IMG/VR virus record: IMGVR_UViG_3300045988_111817
Coordinates: 1-33,616 of that record
Direction: 5' to 3' (one strand)
Length of the DNA stretch: 33,616 bases
Source of the DNA: a virus
The translations under genes were made by a program, and so were the position numbers. The notes under the pieces are model-generated. The model saw only the letters and a list, made by a program, of their open reading frames with translations, had not been told where the DNA came from and made no database searches. This document shows positions 22,990 through 32,418 of the stretch, one piece after another; position 1 is the first letter of the stretch; the number at the start of each line of letters is the position of its first letter.

Positions 22990-23466
22990 ATGATACAAAA
23001 ACCTTTTAACGACGCAGATTTAATCTACAACTACGAAGAACACAGATATGTGCCGACAACCGACCTTATATTAAGGAAAACAGGCATAGACCTTGTGAAC
23101 GGCAATATCCTTAACAGCGTTGACGATGCGAACCCGTCCGAACTCGGTGATAGAGTATTGGACGAGATAAGCGCGCATATTTACGCTACAATCTACGGAA
23201 TGACGCTTAACGAGAACTATGTATCGTTTATGCTTGCGTGTGATACGGAGTATAGGGACAGGCTGAAAAGGGTGTTCGTCAACGAAGTGCGCTATGCGTT
23301 GAGAGCGGGCGACTTTTGGTTTACTTTGGACGAAATGGAAAGAGCGAACTTCATTACAAGGGACAGCGTGAACTTGCTGAACAAGCAACACTCGGAAACG
23401 GGCATAAGGCTGTTATATAGGGGCAGATTTAATATGCTGTGCCGCAAGGTAGATTGGGAGTGGTAG
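22990..23466 (+). CDS. Head-tail connector region protein
   Basis: AAGGAG lies before the ATG at 22990. The call rests on position. Confidence 0.6.
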   Translation: MIQKPFNDADLIYNYEEHRYVPTTDLILRKTGIDLVNGNILNSVDDANPSELGDRVLDEISAHIYATIYGMTLNENYVSFMLACDTEYRDRLKRVFVNEVRYALRAGDFWFTLDEMERANFITRDSVNLLNKQHSETGIRLLYRGRFNMLCRKVDWEW

Positions 23467-23467
23467 A

Positions 23468-23851
23468 ATGGGACTGAACGCACTTAACAGGAATGATAAG
23501 TATAACGTGTCGGCGGTGTATTTTAGACGCGAACACATAAGGACGGACGGGACAGCGAGCCGTGGAACGCATATCAAGGTCAAGATAGAAGATAAGCGCA
23601 ACAAGAGCGTAAGTCAACCGATACAAAACCTTATGACCGACAGCACGACAATGCTTGTAAGCACAAGGAACTTGCAGGAATACGACAAGTATGACGAATT
23701 GTACCTTATGGGCAAGCGGTGGCAGATAGTCGAGTTACAGACGGCTTACGAGAACACCGAGATAAGCGGACTGACTAACCCGCAACTGTTGGCAGTACAT
23801 TATCTTGCGTTGAACGAGTTAGGGGGTAAACCCTTATGGATAAGACCATAG
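23468..23851 (+). CDS. Head-tail connector region protein
   Basis: 127-aa ORF packed tightly against its neighbours. Confidence 0.6.
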   Translation: MGLNALNRNDKYNVSAVYFRREHIRTDGTASRGTHIKVKIEDKRNKSVSQPIQNLMTDSTTMLVSTRNLQEYDKYDELYLMGKRWQIVELQTAYENTEISGLTNPQLLAVHYLALNELGGKPLWIRP

Positions 23852-24225
23852 ACAACGGAGTATCAATCAATAGAAGAATATCCGCTATCGAGAACCGATT
23901 AAATTCAGCCGAAGACGAACAAGTCTTTATTTCGATAAGCAATGCTATTCTGCTGGCGTTTGTACGGATGCAAGGGCGAACGCCTATTGACACGGGAAAC
24001 TTGCGATATAACGCATTACAGATGAGTATATTGCAGGATAAGACAGAGATATTTATTGACGAGAAAATCGCGCCGTATATGAAATATACGAACGAGAACT
24101 GGAACAACTTCCGACCGCCTTTGTACGGAAAGAAAAACCCGAACGAAGGTTGGTGGGACAACGCCGCTGTTGATATGATATATACGGTGGCAGAACTTAC
24201 GGGGGGAACGGTAAGAGAAGTATGA
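23836..24225 (+). CDS. HK97 gp10-like head-tail joining protein
   Basis: The DTGNLRYN motif and the position support the call. Confidence 0.55.
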   Translation: MDKTIDNGVSINRRISAIENRLNSAEDEQVFISISNAILLAFVRMQGRTPIDTGNLRYNALQMSILQDKTEIFIDEKIAPYMKYTNENWNNFRPPLYGKKNPNEGWWDNAAVDMIYTVAELTGGTVREV

Positions 24226-25085
24226 TTGAAGTTAAGCAATTTGTGGATATAATCGAAAATCAATTAAACGCGCTTGCTGTCGGAAAGGACTTTGTGTTCA
24301 AGATATATCCGAACGAGGGCGAGTTTGTTGATGTTATACAATCTTCGCAGACGGAACTCCCGAAAGATGTAATCTACGGCGTGGTAACATTTTTGCCGAA
24401 CACAACTATTCCGTTGGCGAACTTGGGTATATTCAACATTACGGCGAGTTTGTCTATTTTGGCTCCCGTAACGAGGGGCGCGTTAAGCAACGACGATACT
24501 TACGGACACGTCAATGAGATAGCGGATATCTTACAGAATTACTACCAACAGCAGACGGGCGCGAGTGGCACTTTAACCGACAAAAGCAACACGGCATACA
24601 AGTATGTGCTGGGCATTAACACTCCGCAGACGGGGCAAGAGAGCGTTTACGGAAAAGCGGGAAGAGCCGTGCCGTTGTCTATGGTGCTGTCGTGGCAACT
24701 CATACGGGGCGGCGTGTTGTTTACCGATGTTCACGTCCTTATTGACGGAACGGAAGTCGTATGCACGGACTTCGGCGCAGAACTGAATGTCGGGCAACAG
24801 ACGGACAACATCCAAAACGAAGCGTATTTGCAGTCGTATCCGCAAAGTCAGAACTTGTCGATGACGGTGCAATTACCGTACCAAAACACGGCATTGTGTA
24901 AAAAACTCATTGCACAATTATGGAACGGCACATTACAGCAGTCGTTCACAGTAAAATACTACGACGGCACAACCTACACGGAAGAAACCGCAGTCACGAA
25001 GAATATGATTGCAAGCAGAATAATCACAAACGCACAGCCTGGCACAAATATGGGCATTGTGGCAACATTTACTTTATCAAGGTAA
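24222..25085 (+). CDS. Tail structural protein, possibly tube-like
   Basis: ATGA overlap with the upstream gene. 287 aa and beta-rich. Confidence 0.55.
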   Translation: MIEVKQFVDIIENQLNALAVGKDFVFKIYPNEGEFVDVIQSSQTELPKDVIYGVVTFLPNTTIPLANLGIFNITASLSILAPVTRGALSNDDTYGHVNEIADILQNYYQQQTGASGTLTDKSNTAYKYVLGINTPQTGQESVYGKAGRAVPLSMVLSWQLIRGGVLFTDVHVLIDGTEVVCTDFGAELNVGQQTDNIQNEAYLQSYPQSQNLSMTVQLPYQNTALCKKLIAQLWNGTLQQSFTVKYYDGTTYTEETAVTKNMIASRIITNAQPGTNMGIVATFTLSR

Positions 25086-25091
25086 AGAGTT

Positions 25092-25532
25092 ATGGCAAAA
25101 CATTATGTAGTAACATTTGAATTAGGTGAAGGCGAAGGCGGCGGTCTCCGAATGAAGACAGGACAGGATAAGAACGGTGCAAACGAAGGCTCCGTTAAAT
25201 CCATAAGGAAGGCTGTTGCGCGAGTGTGGTCAAGCACAGACTTGCTTCGCACTACATTGGATGCTTCAATGCAAGTTGTATCACGCAACGAAGGGAATAG
25301 CCTTATCAACGAGAGATATCAGGCGGTCAAGGGTGTCGGGACAACTGCATTGACACTCGGGCTTGCGTTTGCGGCGGGCGGTGGTTTTGTTGGCTTGTCG
25401 GCAATGGCAGGAACGGCAATATCTTATGGACGAAAGATTGAGCAATTCAATTACGAGCGTCGGTGGGAGATGTACGGACTAACCGAGAAACGCGCAAGAG
25501 CGGGTGCGAACTTCAACAGGAGTAGATTATGA
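25092..25532 (+). CDS. Structural protein with a Gly-rich hydrophobic segment
   Basis: The 146-aa protein contains GVGTTALTLGLAFAAGGGFVGLSAMAGTAISY. Confidence 0.55.
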   Translation: MAKHYVVTFELGEGEGGGLRMKTGQDKNGANEGSVKSIRKAVARVWSSTDLLRTTLDASMQVVSRNEGNSLINERYQAVKGVGTTALTLGLAFAAGGGFVGLSAMAGTAISYGRKIEQFNYERRWEMYGLTEKRARAGANFNRSRL

Positions 25533-28483
25533 ACAATTTTCAGATTGATATACGCGAAAAAGGTAGTTGGAACAACCTTGACGGATGGGTGCGACCGTTC
25601 GACCTGACCTTTGCGTTAGATGAAACGCTGGATAGCGGCTCTGTTCAAGTTACAGGAAGCACAAGAAAGGCTATAATCAAGCCCTACACGCTTATAAGAC
25701 TGACGATTAACACAACGGTCAAGTATATGCTTGTACAGGACGCAAAACGCACGCAAAGCACCTTTTCGGGAACGATTAAGTACGATTGGAACATCACGCT
25801 TATCGAAACCACAAAAATGCTCGAAAGGATACCGTGCGACACAATGCGTTTCTCTAATTATTTGGGACACGATTATGCGGACGGAATAGTAATCAAGCCC
25901 GCAATTCAATATAGCAATACAATATGGATAGAGGGCGATGAGATTGTTGATAATGCACCGAATTATGTCAATACATATGTAAAGGATGCGACCTTGACAA
26001 TTTATGGCGCACAGGTCAAATTTGTACTGAAATCGGGCATTACTTGGTACTACCACACAGCATTGCCGATAAAAAACAGCCCGCAAACAGTTACGGTTAA
26101 GAACTCGGCGGGGACGGTAGTCTATACGCAAACTGCGTATGCCGATGCGGCGGGCAATCTTAATATGCCGAACGGGACGATACAATTAACCGACAAGAGT
26201 TATACGATAGAATACACGGGGTTCATTTGTAAGAGACGAACGGTTGGCGATACGCTCATAGCCGTGTTTACCGCAACATACCAAATAGCAACCATAGAAG
26301 ATATCGCGCCGAAAACTAACCCGACTATTACAAGCATTGTCGAGAAGATACTTCGTTCGGGCGTAACAAGGCGTGTCTATCGTGGGACGGGTGCGCTTGA
26401 TGATATAGACAAGCAACTTATCCGTTTTAACGCGGCACAGGCGGAAAAATACAAGGCAATCGAAACCGAATACAGCACGACGAGAAACACCTTTTTTGAA
26501 GCATTGTCGGGCGTTGGCGAGATTATCCACGCAATGCCGAGACTGAACTTTATCGACACATTCGGATATAAGGGATACGAACTTGTGTTTGACGAACTCG
26601 GCGGGAACGACGAATATACCGTCCCGACAACTGCCGAGATGACTTACGAGCAAATGTCTTTAACGGGCGACGAATACTGCGAAGCCATAGACAGCGTGGT
26701 TGAGAATATAATCAATACAACCGATGTTGATAAGGGCGCGATAGTAGAGCCGTCCACGGGAACATACAAGACTGTAAGGACAGAACGCGGCGGGTATAAG
26801 ATATCAGCCGACACGATGAGAATACAGACCGAGAGACCTATTTACAGGCTTATTAAGTTAGAAGTCTTGTGCAACGGGAAAGCGGGCGATATTACGGCTT
26901 ATGTCTATGAGAACGCGGAATATGAAGCCTTATCGGAATATGCGGGTGCGGTGTATCCGTACTCCAAAGCGTATGCATTGAAGTACACTTCGGGGCAGAA
27001 AGATATCACGGGGTTGACCTTCCGAGACAACGCGGTGACAGACTTGTCGTCGGCGTTCAGAAACTATGCGATCTACAATATTGTTAAACAAGTGTTAGAC
27101 ACGACGATATCGGACTATACTGCGTTGGCGTTCAGAGTGACCTACATTCCGTTGGTTACGGCGAGAATAACGCAGAGCAAGCCCTACACGGGGTGGGAGA
27201 CGGATTATTCGTCGAATGTGCTTATATCTAATCAAGGCGGGAATATGGTCGAGAGCGACCGCTATGGCGAACGCTTAAAGGGTTATATTGCAAGGCTGGG
27301 CAACAAACAAGTTGTGCGAACTTACAACTTTGCACAGTTTGAAGATTTACCGCAATGTGGGCAACTTATGTATGTCGAAGACGAATATATGTATGTGTCG
27401 CTCATCAATGCAAATCTCGACCAAAACAAGGTTAAGGCAACAATTCTCTTAACACCGCAATTCAATAGACTGTCGGAATATGTCGGACTAAACAGCGAAT
27501 ACAGATTATATGATGTTTCCGAAAAACAAGCAGTCGAAAGACTTGTAAATTATACAGAAAAGTGTTATATTACTTATAGAGCAACATCGACGCCTTCGAC
27601 AGTGCCGTTCATCAAGAGCGATGCGTATTTTTCTATTTTCCAAACGCTCGGAAGACGGGCGGACTACGATGCAGGAGAAGTGCCGACCGCCGCCTTGGTG
27701 CAAGTGAGCGGGACTTGGTTTGCGAGAACGCTCGACAAGAGAGCAAGCGGCAATAGCCTTGTGTTCGAGTTTGCGTTTGATGACAACTACGGCGTGGGCT
27801 ATCAGTCTATTCCTAACTCGGTATCAGGCGATGCGGCAAGGATACAACGATTAGTGCCTTATGGCAATGTCTATGGCGAGTTTGACACGATGAGAGTGCA
27901 GTTTGTGCCGAAAGCGTTCACGAACTCCGCCGACAAGATGAACAGTTATCCCGCAATCAACAGCGAGTATCTTACAGATGTATATCCGTTATTCGATACT
28001 TCGTCGCTGGAAAATAGCCTTTCCGTGTATCCGTTCCTTATCGACAAAGATAACAAGGAACAGATAAACTTCACTTATCAACTTAACTTCATTTCGGAGA
28101 TTAAGTCGGTGGTGCTGGGAACGGCGTTCTTCCGTAACAACGATTTACTTGTTGATAGATCAGGGCTTACGGGCGAGCAAAGAGTAGCGTTGAACCCGTC
28201 GATATACCTGATTAAAAAGCGACTGAATATGCTGTCGAAACCCGACCTTACGGGTGCGTTGAAACTAACTGCTCCGAACGGGCTTGCGTGTGTATTTCAA
28301 GACAACTATGCGAACAACGCGGGCTTTAAGACGGGATTACAGATAACGAACACAACAAACGAAACCTATGTTGGGTGGTGCGCGGTTGACGATAAAACAG
28401 GCGAACTGTATATCGGGGACAACTACGAACTGAAACCTAACCACACTGCACCGACACTATACTTCAATTTTAAGGAGTTATAA
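25529..28483 (+). CDS. Large tail / baseplate-like structural protein
   Basis: The 984-aa ORF has an AGGAG RBS and overlaps the upstream stop. Confidence 0.7.
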   Translation: MNNFQIDIREKGSWNNLDGWVRPFDLTFALDETLDSGSVQVTGSTRKAIIKPYTLIRLTINTTVKYMLVQDAKRTQSTFSGTIKYDWNITLIETTKMLERIPCDTMRFSNYLGHDYADGIVIKPAIQYSNTIWIEGDEIVDNAPNYVNTYVKDATLTIYGAQVKFVLKSGITWYYHTALPIKNSPQTVTVKNSAGTVVYTQTAYADAAGNLNMPNGTIQLTDKSYTIEYTGFICKRRTVGDTLIAVFTATYQIATIEDIAPKTNPTITSIVEKILRSGVTRRVYRGTGALDDIDKQLIRFNAAQAEKYKAIETEYSTTRNTFFEALSGVGEIIHAMPRLNFIDTFGYKGYELVFDELGGNDEYTVPTTAEMTYEQMSLTGDEYCEAIDSVVENIINTTDVDKGAIVEPSTGTYKTVRTERGGYKISADTMRIQTERPIYRLIKLEVLCNGKAGDITAYVYENAEYEALSEYAGAVYPYSKAYALKYTSGQKDITGLTFRDNAVTDLSSAFRNYAIYNIVKQVLDTTISDYTALAFRVTYIPLVTARITQSKPYTGWETDYSSNVLISNQGGNMVESDRYGERLKGYIARLGNKQVVRTYNFAQFEDLPQCGQLMYVEDEYMYVSLINANLDQNKVKATILLTPQFNRLSEYVGLNSEYRLYDVSEKQAVERLVNYTEKCYITYRATSTPSTVPFIKSDAYFSIFQTLGRRADYDAGEVPTAALVQVSGTWFARTLDKRASGNSLVFEFAFDDNYGVGYQSIPNSVSGDAARIQRLVPYGNVYGEFDTMRVQFVPKAFTNSADKMNSYPAINSEYLTDVYPLFDTSSLENSLSVYPFLIDKDNKEQINFTYQLNFISEIKSVVLGTAFFRNNDLLVDRSGLTGEQRVALNPSIYLIKKRLNMLSKPDLTGALKLTAPNGLACVFQDNYANNAGFKTGLQITNTTNETYVGWCAVDDKTGELYIGDNYELKPNHTAPTLYFNFKEL

Positions 28484-28484
28484 T

Positions 28485-31400
28485 ATGATTTTCTACTGCG
28501 ATTTACAAGGCAACCTCAAAGCGTTTCAAAACGAAACGGTGTATCAAGGATCGAACAACGTAACGACGATTTATGTCGTTGCGCCGTTCAACCGTCCCGT
28601 GGGGCTTAACATCTCGTTCACTAAACCGAACAAACTCGTTACAAGCCCTGCGATTATGAAGTGGGTGGGAACGCTTGGCAATGTCAAGATACCCGTTTCA
28701 TTCGTCAATATCCCCGAACAATTCACAGATACCTACAATGTGTGGGCGTATGCGTTGCCGTACTCTATCACGGAACAGAACGGCGTTGTGGGCGTGAGCG
28801 TCAACGCGGTTATTGCGGATAGCGTGGATGCAAGCGGACAACAGGCTTATACGGGCAATCTTACGACCTTTACGGGGCAATTCACGGTTGCTTATTCCGC
28901 ATTGCCTTCTCCGCCTACGGATATTCCGACCGAGTGGACACAGGACAAGGTGTTGGATTTGTTGAACAACTATTACAACGACGCCATTCAGAAGATAGGC
29001 GAAATGAACACCTTAAAGACCAACGCAAAGGATACGCTTGTCAAGGCGATCAACGAAGTATTTGACGAGATCGCAAGTACGAACGCAACGATTGGCGACC
29101 TTTCCAACCTTACCACCGACGAAAAGACCACGATTGTGGGCGCAATCAACGAAGTGGACGAACACGCTGACACGGCACAGCAAACGGCTGACAATGCCAA
29201 AGAATTGGCGAACACGGGCATTTCCAAAGCCGAACAAGCGCAAGCAACGGCTAACGGTGCAGTCGCCACGGCAAACGAAGCAAAGACCACGGCGCAGACC
29301 GCAGAAACGAACGCGAACAGTGCGGTAGATAAGGCAAATGACGCTGTCGGGAAAGCGAACGAAGCGATAATGAAAGCGGATGCAAAAGCGACTTCTATCG
29401 GCTTTATGACCGCAAAAGACGCTGTCACGGCATTGAACGGCTATCCGAGAAATCAACTTAAAGGCGGGGACACGATATGGATAGTTGAAGATGGAACGCC
29501 TGACCTTTGGGTTACGGAAGTAGCACAAGAAAGCGTGCCTTACAACTACACGACGAAAGACAAATTCAATCAAGATTTAGTCGATAACAAAGTCTTGCAG
29601 ATTGGCTATTTCAAGACCGCATACCAAGAAAGCGACGGCAAGCCCGTAACGATAGCGTGGCAAAATGTTGTTGTTAAAAATTGGGTGGCAAGCACGGAGT
29701 TTGCAGATTTCCCGTATGAAGCGAAGATAGAACTCACGGACTTTGTCGATTATACGACCGTTCCGCAAGTGGTGTTCGATATTGCCGATACGATGAGCGG
29801 AAACTATGCACCTATTTGTAAATCGGGTGATAAGTGTGTTTACATTTACGGCAAAGTACAAGACGAAATCACGCTTAAAACGGTCATCACCTTTGCACCG
29901 AATGTCAATGGTGCGAGCGTAACGGGCGGCGGATATAACAACCGCGGCAAATGGGTTGCAAGCACGACCTATGCAATCGACGACCTTGTTTACACCGACA
30001 ACGGACAATATGTTTGTATCGAGGGTATCACTTCAACCACTTCTCCCGAACAAGACACGGCGCATTGGCAAGCGACTTTTGTTGCGACAGGAACGACTAA
30101 AAACGGACTGAAATTCAGCGGGCAGAACGGCAACGGGACGGAAGTGCAAAAGACTTTTGACGGCTCGCAAGCGGTTGAAATAGCGTTCGACGAACAAACG
30201 ATGACAGCGAAAGAAGTCAACGGCGTTTTGGAAATCGGTGCGAGAGGGACTGTCCCCGAAGCGTTACCGCAAGAAGCGAGTGCGTTGAAGAGCGGGAACT
30301 TGCCGATAAGTGGGTGGGAGAAAACGGGTTTCCAAACTTTTTGGGAAGGAACTGCAAAATGCGATGCAAGTACATATAAACCTATTGGCACATCAAAAGA
30401 ACTTGCAGATATATTATACTCTGATGATACCGCTTATATGATGGTAGACTATAATTATCAATACTACGGCAACTATGACAAAAAAAATGCTAAGTTTTCG
30501 TACAAAAATAGTAACGCCTCTGTGGGCAGTATGACAGGCATATCTTTTAGAGCGGGCAGTCAAGTTGATAATCCTACGATTTTTATTACTCGTGACGGAA
30601 CAATGTACGGTCGCGGTAGTAACTTTGCAAGTTCGGCATACTCCGTTACTTATACTCGCATCGGAACATCAACAATATCGCAACAGTTCTACATCATTTC
30701 CGACACTTCCATAACCGTCAACAGCGACATCCTTATGGAACTCACGGACGAGGGCGGGGTAAAAGCCTATTCAATGGAAGCAGGCAATATAACCGTTATC
30801 CGCGACACAGTGCCTACACAGCCTATTCCGTACACTTATAAGGTCAAACAGACCAACGCAAGCGGACAGTTTACGGTATTAAACCATTATGTGTCGACTG
30901 TTCCTGTAACGAGCGTGAACGGACAAACGGGCGCGGTAACAATCGCAGTCCCGACCAAAACAAGCGAACTGACGAACGACAGCGGTTTTGTCAAACCCTC
31001 GGAAGCGAATACCTTTACAGGCGAACAGACCTTTTCCAACGCAAACGGCATAAAGACCAACCGCGTACACAATCTTAACGGTAACGCGTGGTACGACTTC
31101 GACGGAACGAACGACAGGTTTGGTAGCCTTGCAACACCGACCATTATCAGAACGAGCGAAGCAAGACCGAAAGCGGAAGTGCCGAGTGGAAGTGGTACAG
31201 CGACGAAAGAGTTAGCGTTGTTGGAAGATGTGCAAGGTGCGGGCGAATGGGTGGACGTAGTTAGCACATCGTATGAAGATAAATCACTGGTTAGGAAATT
31301 TGTATTTCCAGACCTTTCTGGCGATTTGGAAGGTAAATCGGTTGAAGTTGTTTACGAGCCGAAAACCTATGGTGCTTATACACGTGTTCTTTCGTTTGGT

Positions 31401-31628
31401 GTTATTTCTTTGCCGAAAGGCGGAACGGCGACAGATTCTCAGCGAACAGTTTCAGGGTTTTATCTTCGTACTGGCGCAGAAGAAACTGAAACAAATCCAG
31501 TATCTTGTTATATCCAAATCAACTTTAAGTATGTTTCTTCTACGACAGGAAGCAGCATACAAGTAACTGCTTTTACAAGTATTAAGGGTGCCGAGCAGCC
31601 CACGATTAAGTACCGTAAAATAAACTAA
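28485..31628 (+). CDS. Tail fibre protein
   Basis: RBS AAGGAG. There is an Ala/Asn-rich coiled-coil stretch (TAQQTADNAKELANTG...). The motif VNGQTGAVTIAVPTKTSELTNDSGF is typical of phage fibres. Confidence 0.8.
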   Translation: MIFYCDLQGNLKAFQNETVYQGSNNVTTIYVVAPFNRPVGLNISFTKPNKLVTSPAIMKWVGTLGNVKIPVSFVNIPEQFTDTYNVWAYALPYSITEQNGVVGVSVNAVIADSVDASGQQAYTGNLTTFTGQFTVAYSALPSPPTDIPTEWTQDKVLDLLNNYYNDAIQKIGEMNTLKTNAKDTLVKAINEVFDEIASTNATIGDLSNLTTDEKTTIVGAINEVDEHADTAQQTADNAKELANTGISKAEQAQATANGAVATANEAKTTAQTAETNANSAVDKANDAVGKANEAIMKADAKATSIGFMTAKDAVTALNGYPRNQLKGGDTIWIVEDGTPDLWVTEVAQESVPYNYTTKDKFNQDLVDNKVLQIGYFKTAYQESDGKPVTIAWQNVVVKNWVASTEFADFPYEAKIELTDFVDYTTVPQVVFDIADTMSGNYAPICKSGDKCVYIYGKVQDEITLKTVITFAPNVNGASVTGGGYNNRGKWVASTTYAIDDLVYTDNGQYVCIEGITSTTSPEQDTAHWQATFVATGTTKNGLKFSGQNGNGTEVQKTFDGSQAVEIAFDEQTMTAKEVNGVLEIGARGTVPEALPQEASALKSGNLPISGWEKTGFQTFWEGTAKCDASTYKPIGTSKELADILYSDDTAYMMVDYNYQYYGNYDKKNAKFSYKNSNASVGSMTGISFRAGSQVDNPTIFITRDGTMYGRGSNFASSAYSVTYTRIGTSTISQQFYIISDTSITVNSDILMELTDEGGVKAYSMEAGNITVIRDTVPTQPIPYTYKVKQTNASGQFTVLNHYVSTVPVTSVNGQTGAVTIAVPTKTSELTNDSGFVKPSEANTFTGEQTFSNANGIKTNRVHNLNGNAWYDFDGTNDRFGSLATPTIIRTSEARPKAEVPSGSGTATKELALLEDVQGAGEWVDVVSTSYEDKSLVRKFVFPDLSGDLEGKSVEVVYEPKTYGAYTRVLSFGVISLPKGGTATDSQRTVSGFYLRTGAEETETNPVSCYIQINFKYVSSTTGSSIQVTAFTSIKGAEQPTIKYRKIN

Positions 31629-31641
31629 AAGGAGATAAACT

Positions 31642-31806
31642 ATGTACGGAATATCAAACGGACAACAACAAGGTGGTGGGGGCGGCGGTGTGTCGTCCGA
31701 ACTCGTTACCACATTAAAAGGGACGGAGATTATAAAGACTTTCGACAACCTTGACGGATGCGAACTGACGAAAGGCTTTACTGCCGACGGGTATATCTAT
31801 TGTTAA
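31642..31806 (+). CDS. 54-aa Gly-rich ORF, below the ORF-track cutoff
   Basis: AAAAGGAG (31627-31634) lies 7 nt before the ATG. The protein begins MYGISNGQQQGGGGGGVSSE and ends GYIYC. Confidence 0.45.
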   Translation: MYGISNGQQQGGGGGGVSSELVTTLKGTEIIKTFDNLDGCELTKGFTADGYIYC

Positions 31807-31820
31807 AAGAACATAAGGAA

Positions 31821-32168
31821 ATGGCGGTTATTGTTAAAGCGAAATGTCTTATGGAACATAGTTTTAAGATGACCGCCAACACAAAACATTTCCCGAAAAA
31901 GTATCGTTTTTCTATCGGGGCGAGAATAGAAAACCTTGCGATAGAAATCTACGAAAGCCTTGTGCGGGCGAATGAAACGCAAGGCGACGAACGACTGACC
32001 AACCAACAAAACGCAATCATTGCTTGCAAGGTGCTAAATAGTATGATAGAATTGTCTTATAAGACCGTGCAACTCGCAATGAACTCTGTTGAGTATTGGG
32101 GCGGGTTAGTCGTGGAAGTTAAGCGAATGACCGTTGCGTGGCGAAATAGCGAGATTAAAAGGGTATAA
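31821..32168 (+). CDS. avd: DGR accessory variability determinant, a four-helix-bundle protein
   Basis: AAGGA (31815-31819) lies before the ATG at 31821. The pattern HFPKKYRFSIGARIENLAIEIYESLVRAN is typical of Avd/four-helix-bundle proteins. The gene sits directly upstream of the TR. Confidence 0.8.
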   Translation: MAVIVKAKCLMEHSFKMTANTKHFPKKYRFSIGARIENLAIEIYESLVRANETQGDERLTNQQNAIIACKVLNSMIELSYKTVQLAMNSVEYWGGLVVEVKRMTVAWRNSEIKRV

Positions 32169-32176
32169 TCTATTTT

Positions 32177-32275
32177 ACCCTACTCGTCGAACTCGTACAA
32201 TGTTCGCGATGTCAATTCAGACGGTTCACTGAACAACAACAATGCGTACAACGGAAACAACGGGGTTCGTCCGCT
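32177..32275 (+). repeat. DGR template repeat (TR)
   Basis: It starts 9 nt after the avd stop. It reads in the VR frame as YSSNSYNVRDVNSDGSLNNNNAYNGNNGVRP and is rich in AAC/AAT codons. Confidence 0.92.
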
Positions 32276-32418
32276 GTGGTGGATAGGTTAGACCGAGTAG
32301 CGAAAGCGAAAGCACAACTCACCAACAAAGGAGATTATATCCTTTCCGCAAAAGGACAAATACACGATTATCGACACGATTGCGGTTTACGGCGAAAGTT
32401 ATAAGCGATAAGGAAAAA
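32276..32418 (+). promoter_or_regulatory. TR-to-RT spacer, likely the structured 3' part of the DGR RNA
   Basis: It contains GCGAAAGCGAAAGC and the triplet AAAGGA / TCCTTT / AAAGGA at about 32329-32358. That triplet can form two mutually exclusive hairpins. Confidence 0.45.

Noticed and set aside
28485-31628. A second VR in the fibre gene or elsewhere
   Set aside because: I looked for the invariant TR cores (GTCAATTCAGACGGTTCACTG and GGGGTTCGTCCGCT). They occur only at 618-716 and 32177-32275, so the DGR appears to have a single target.
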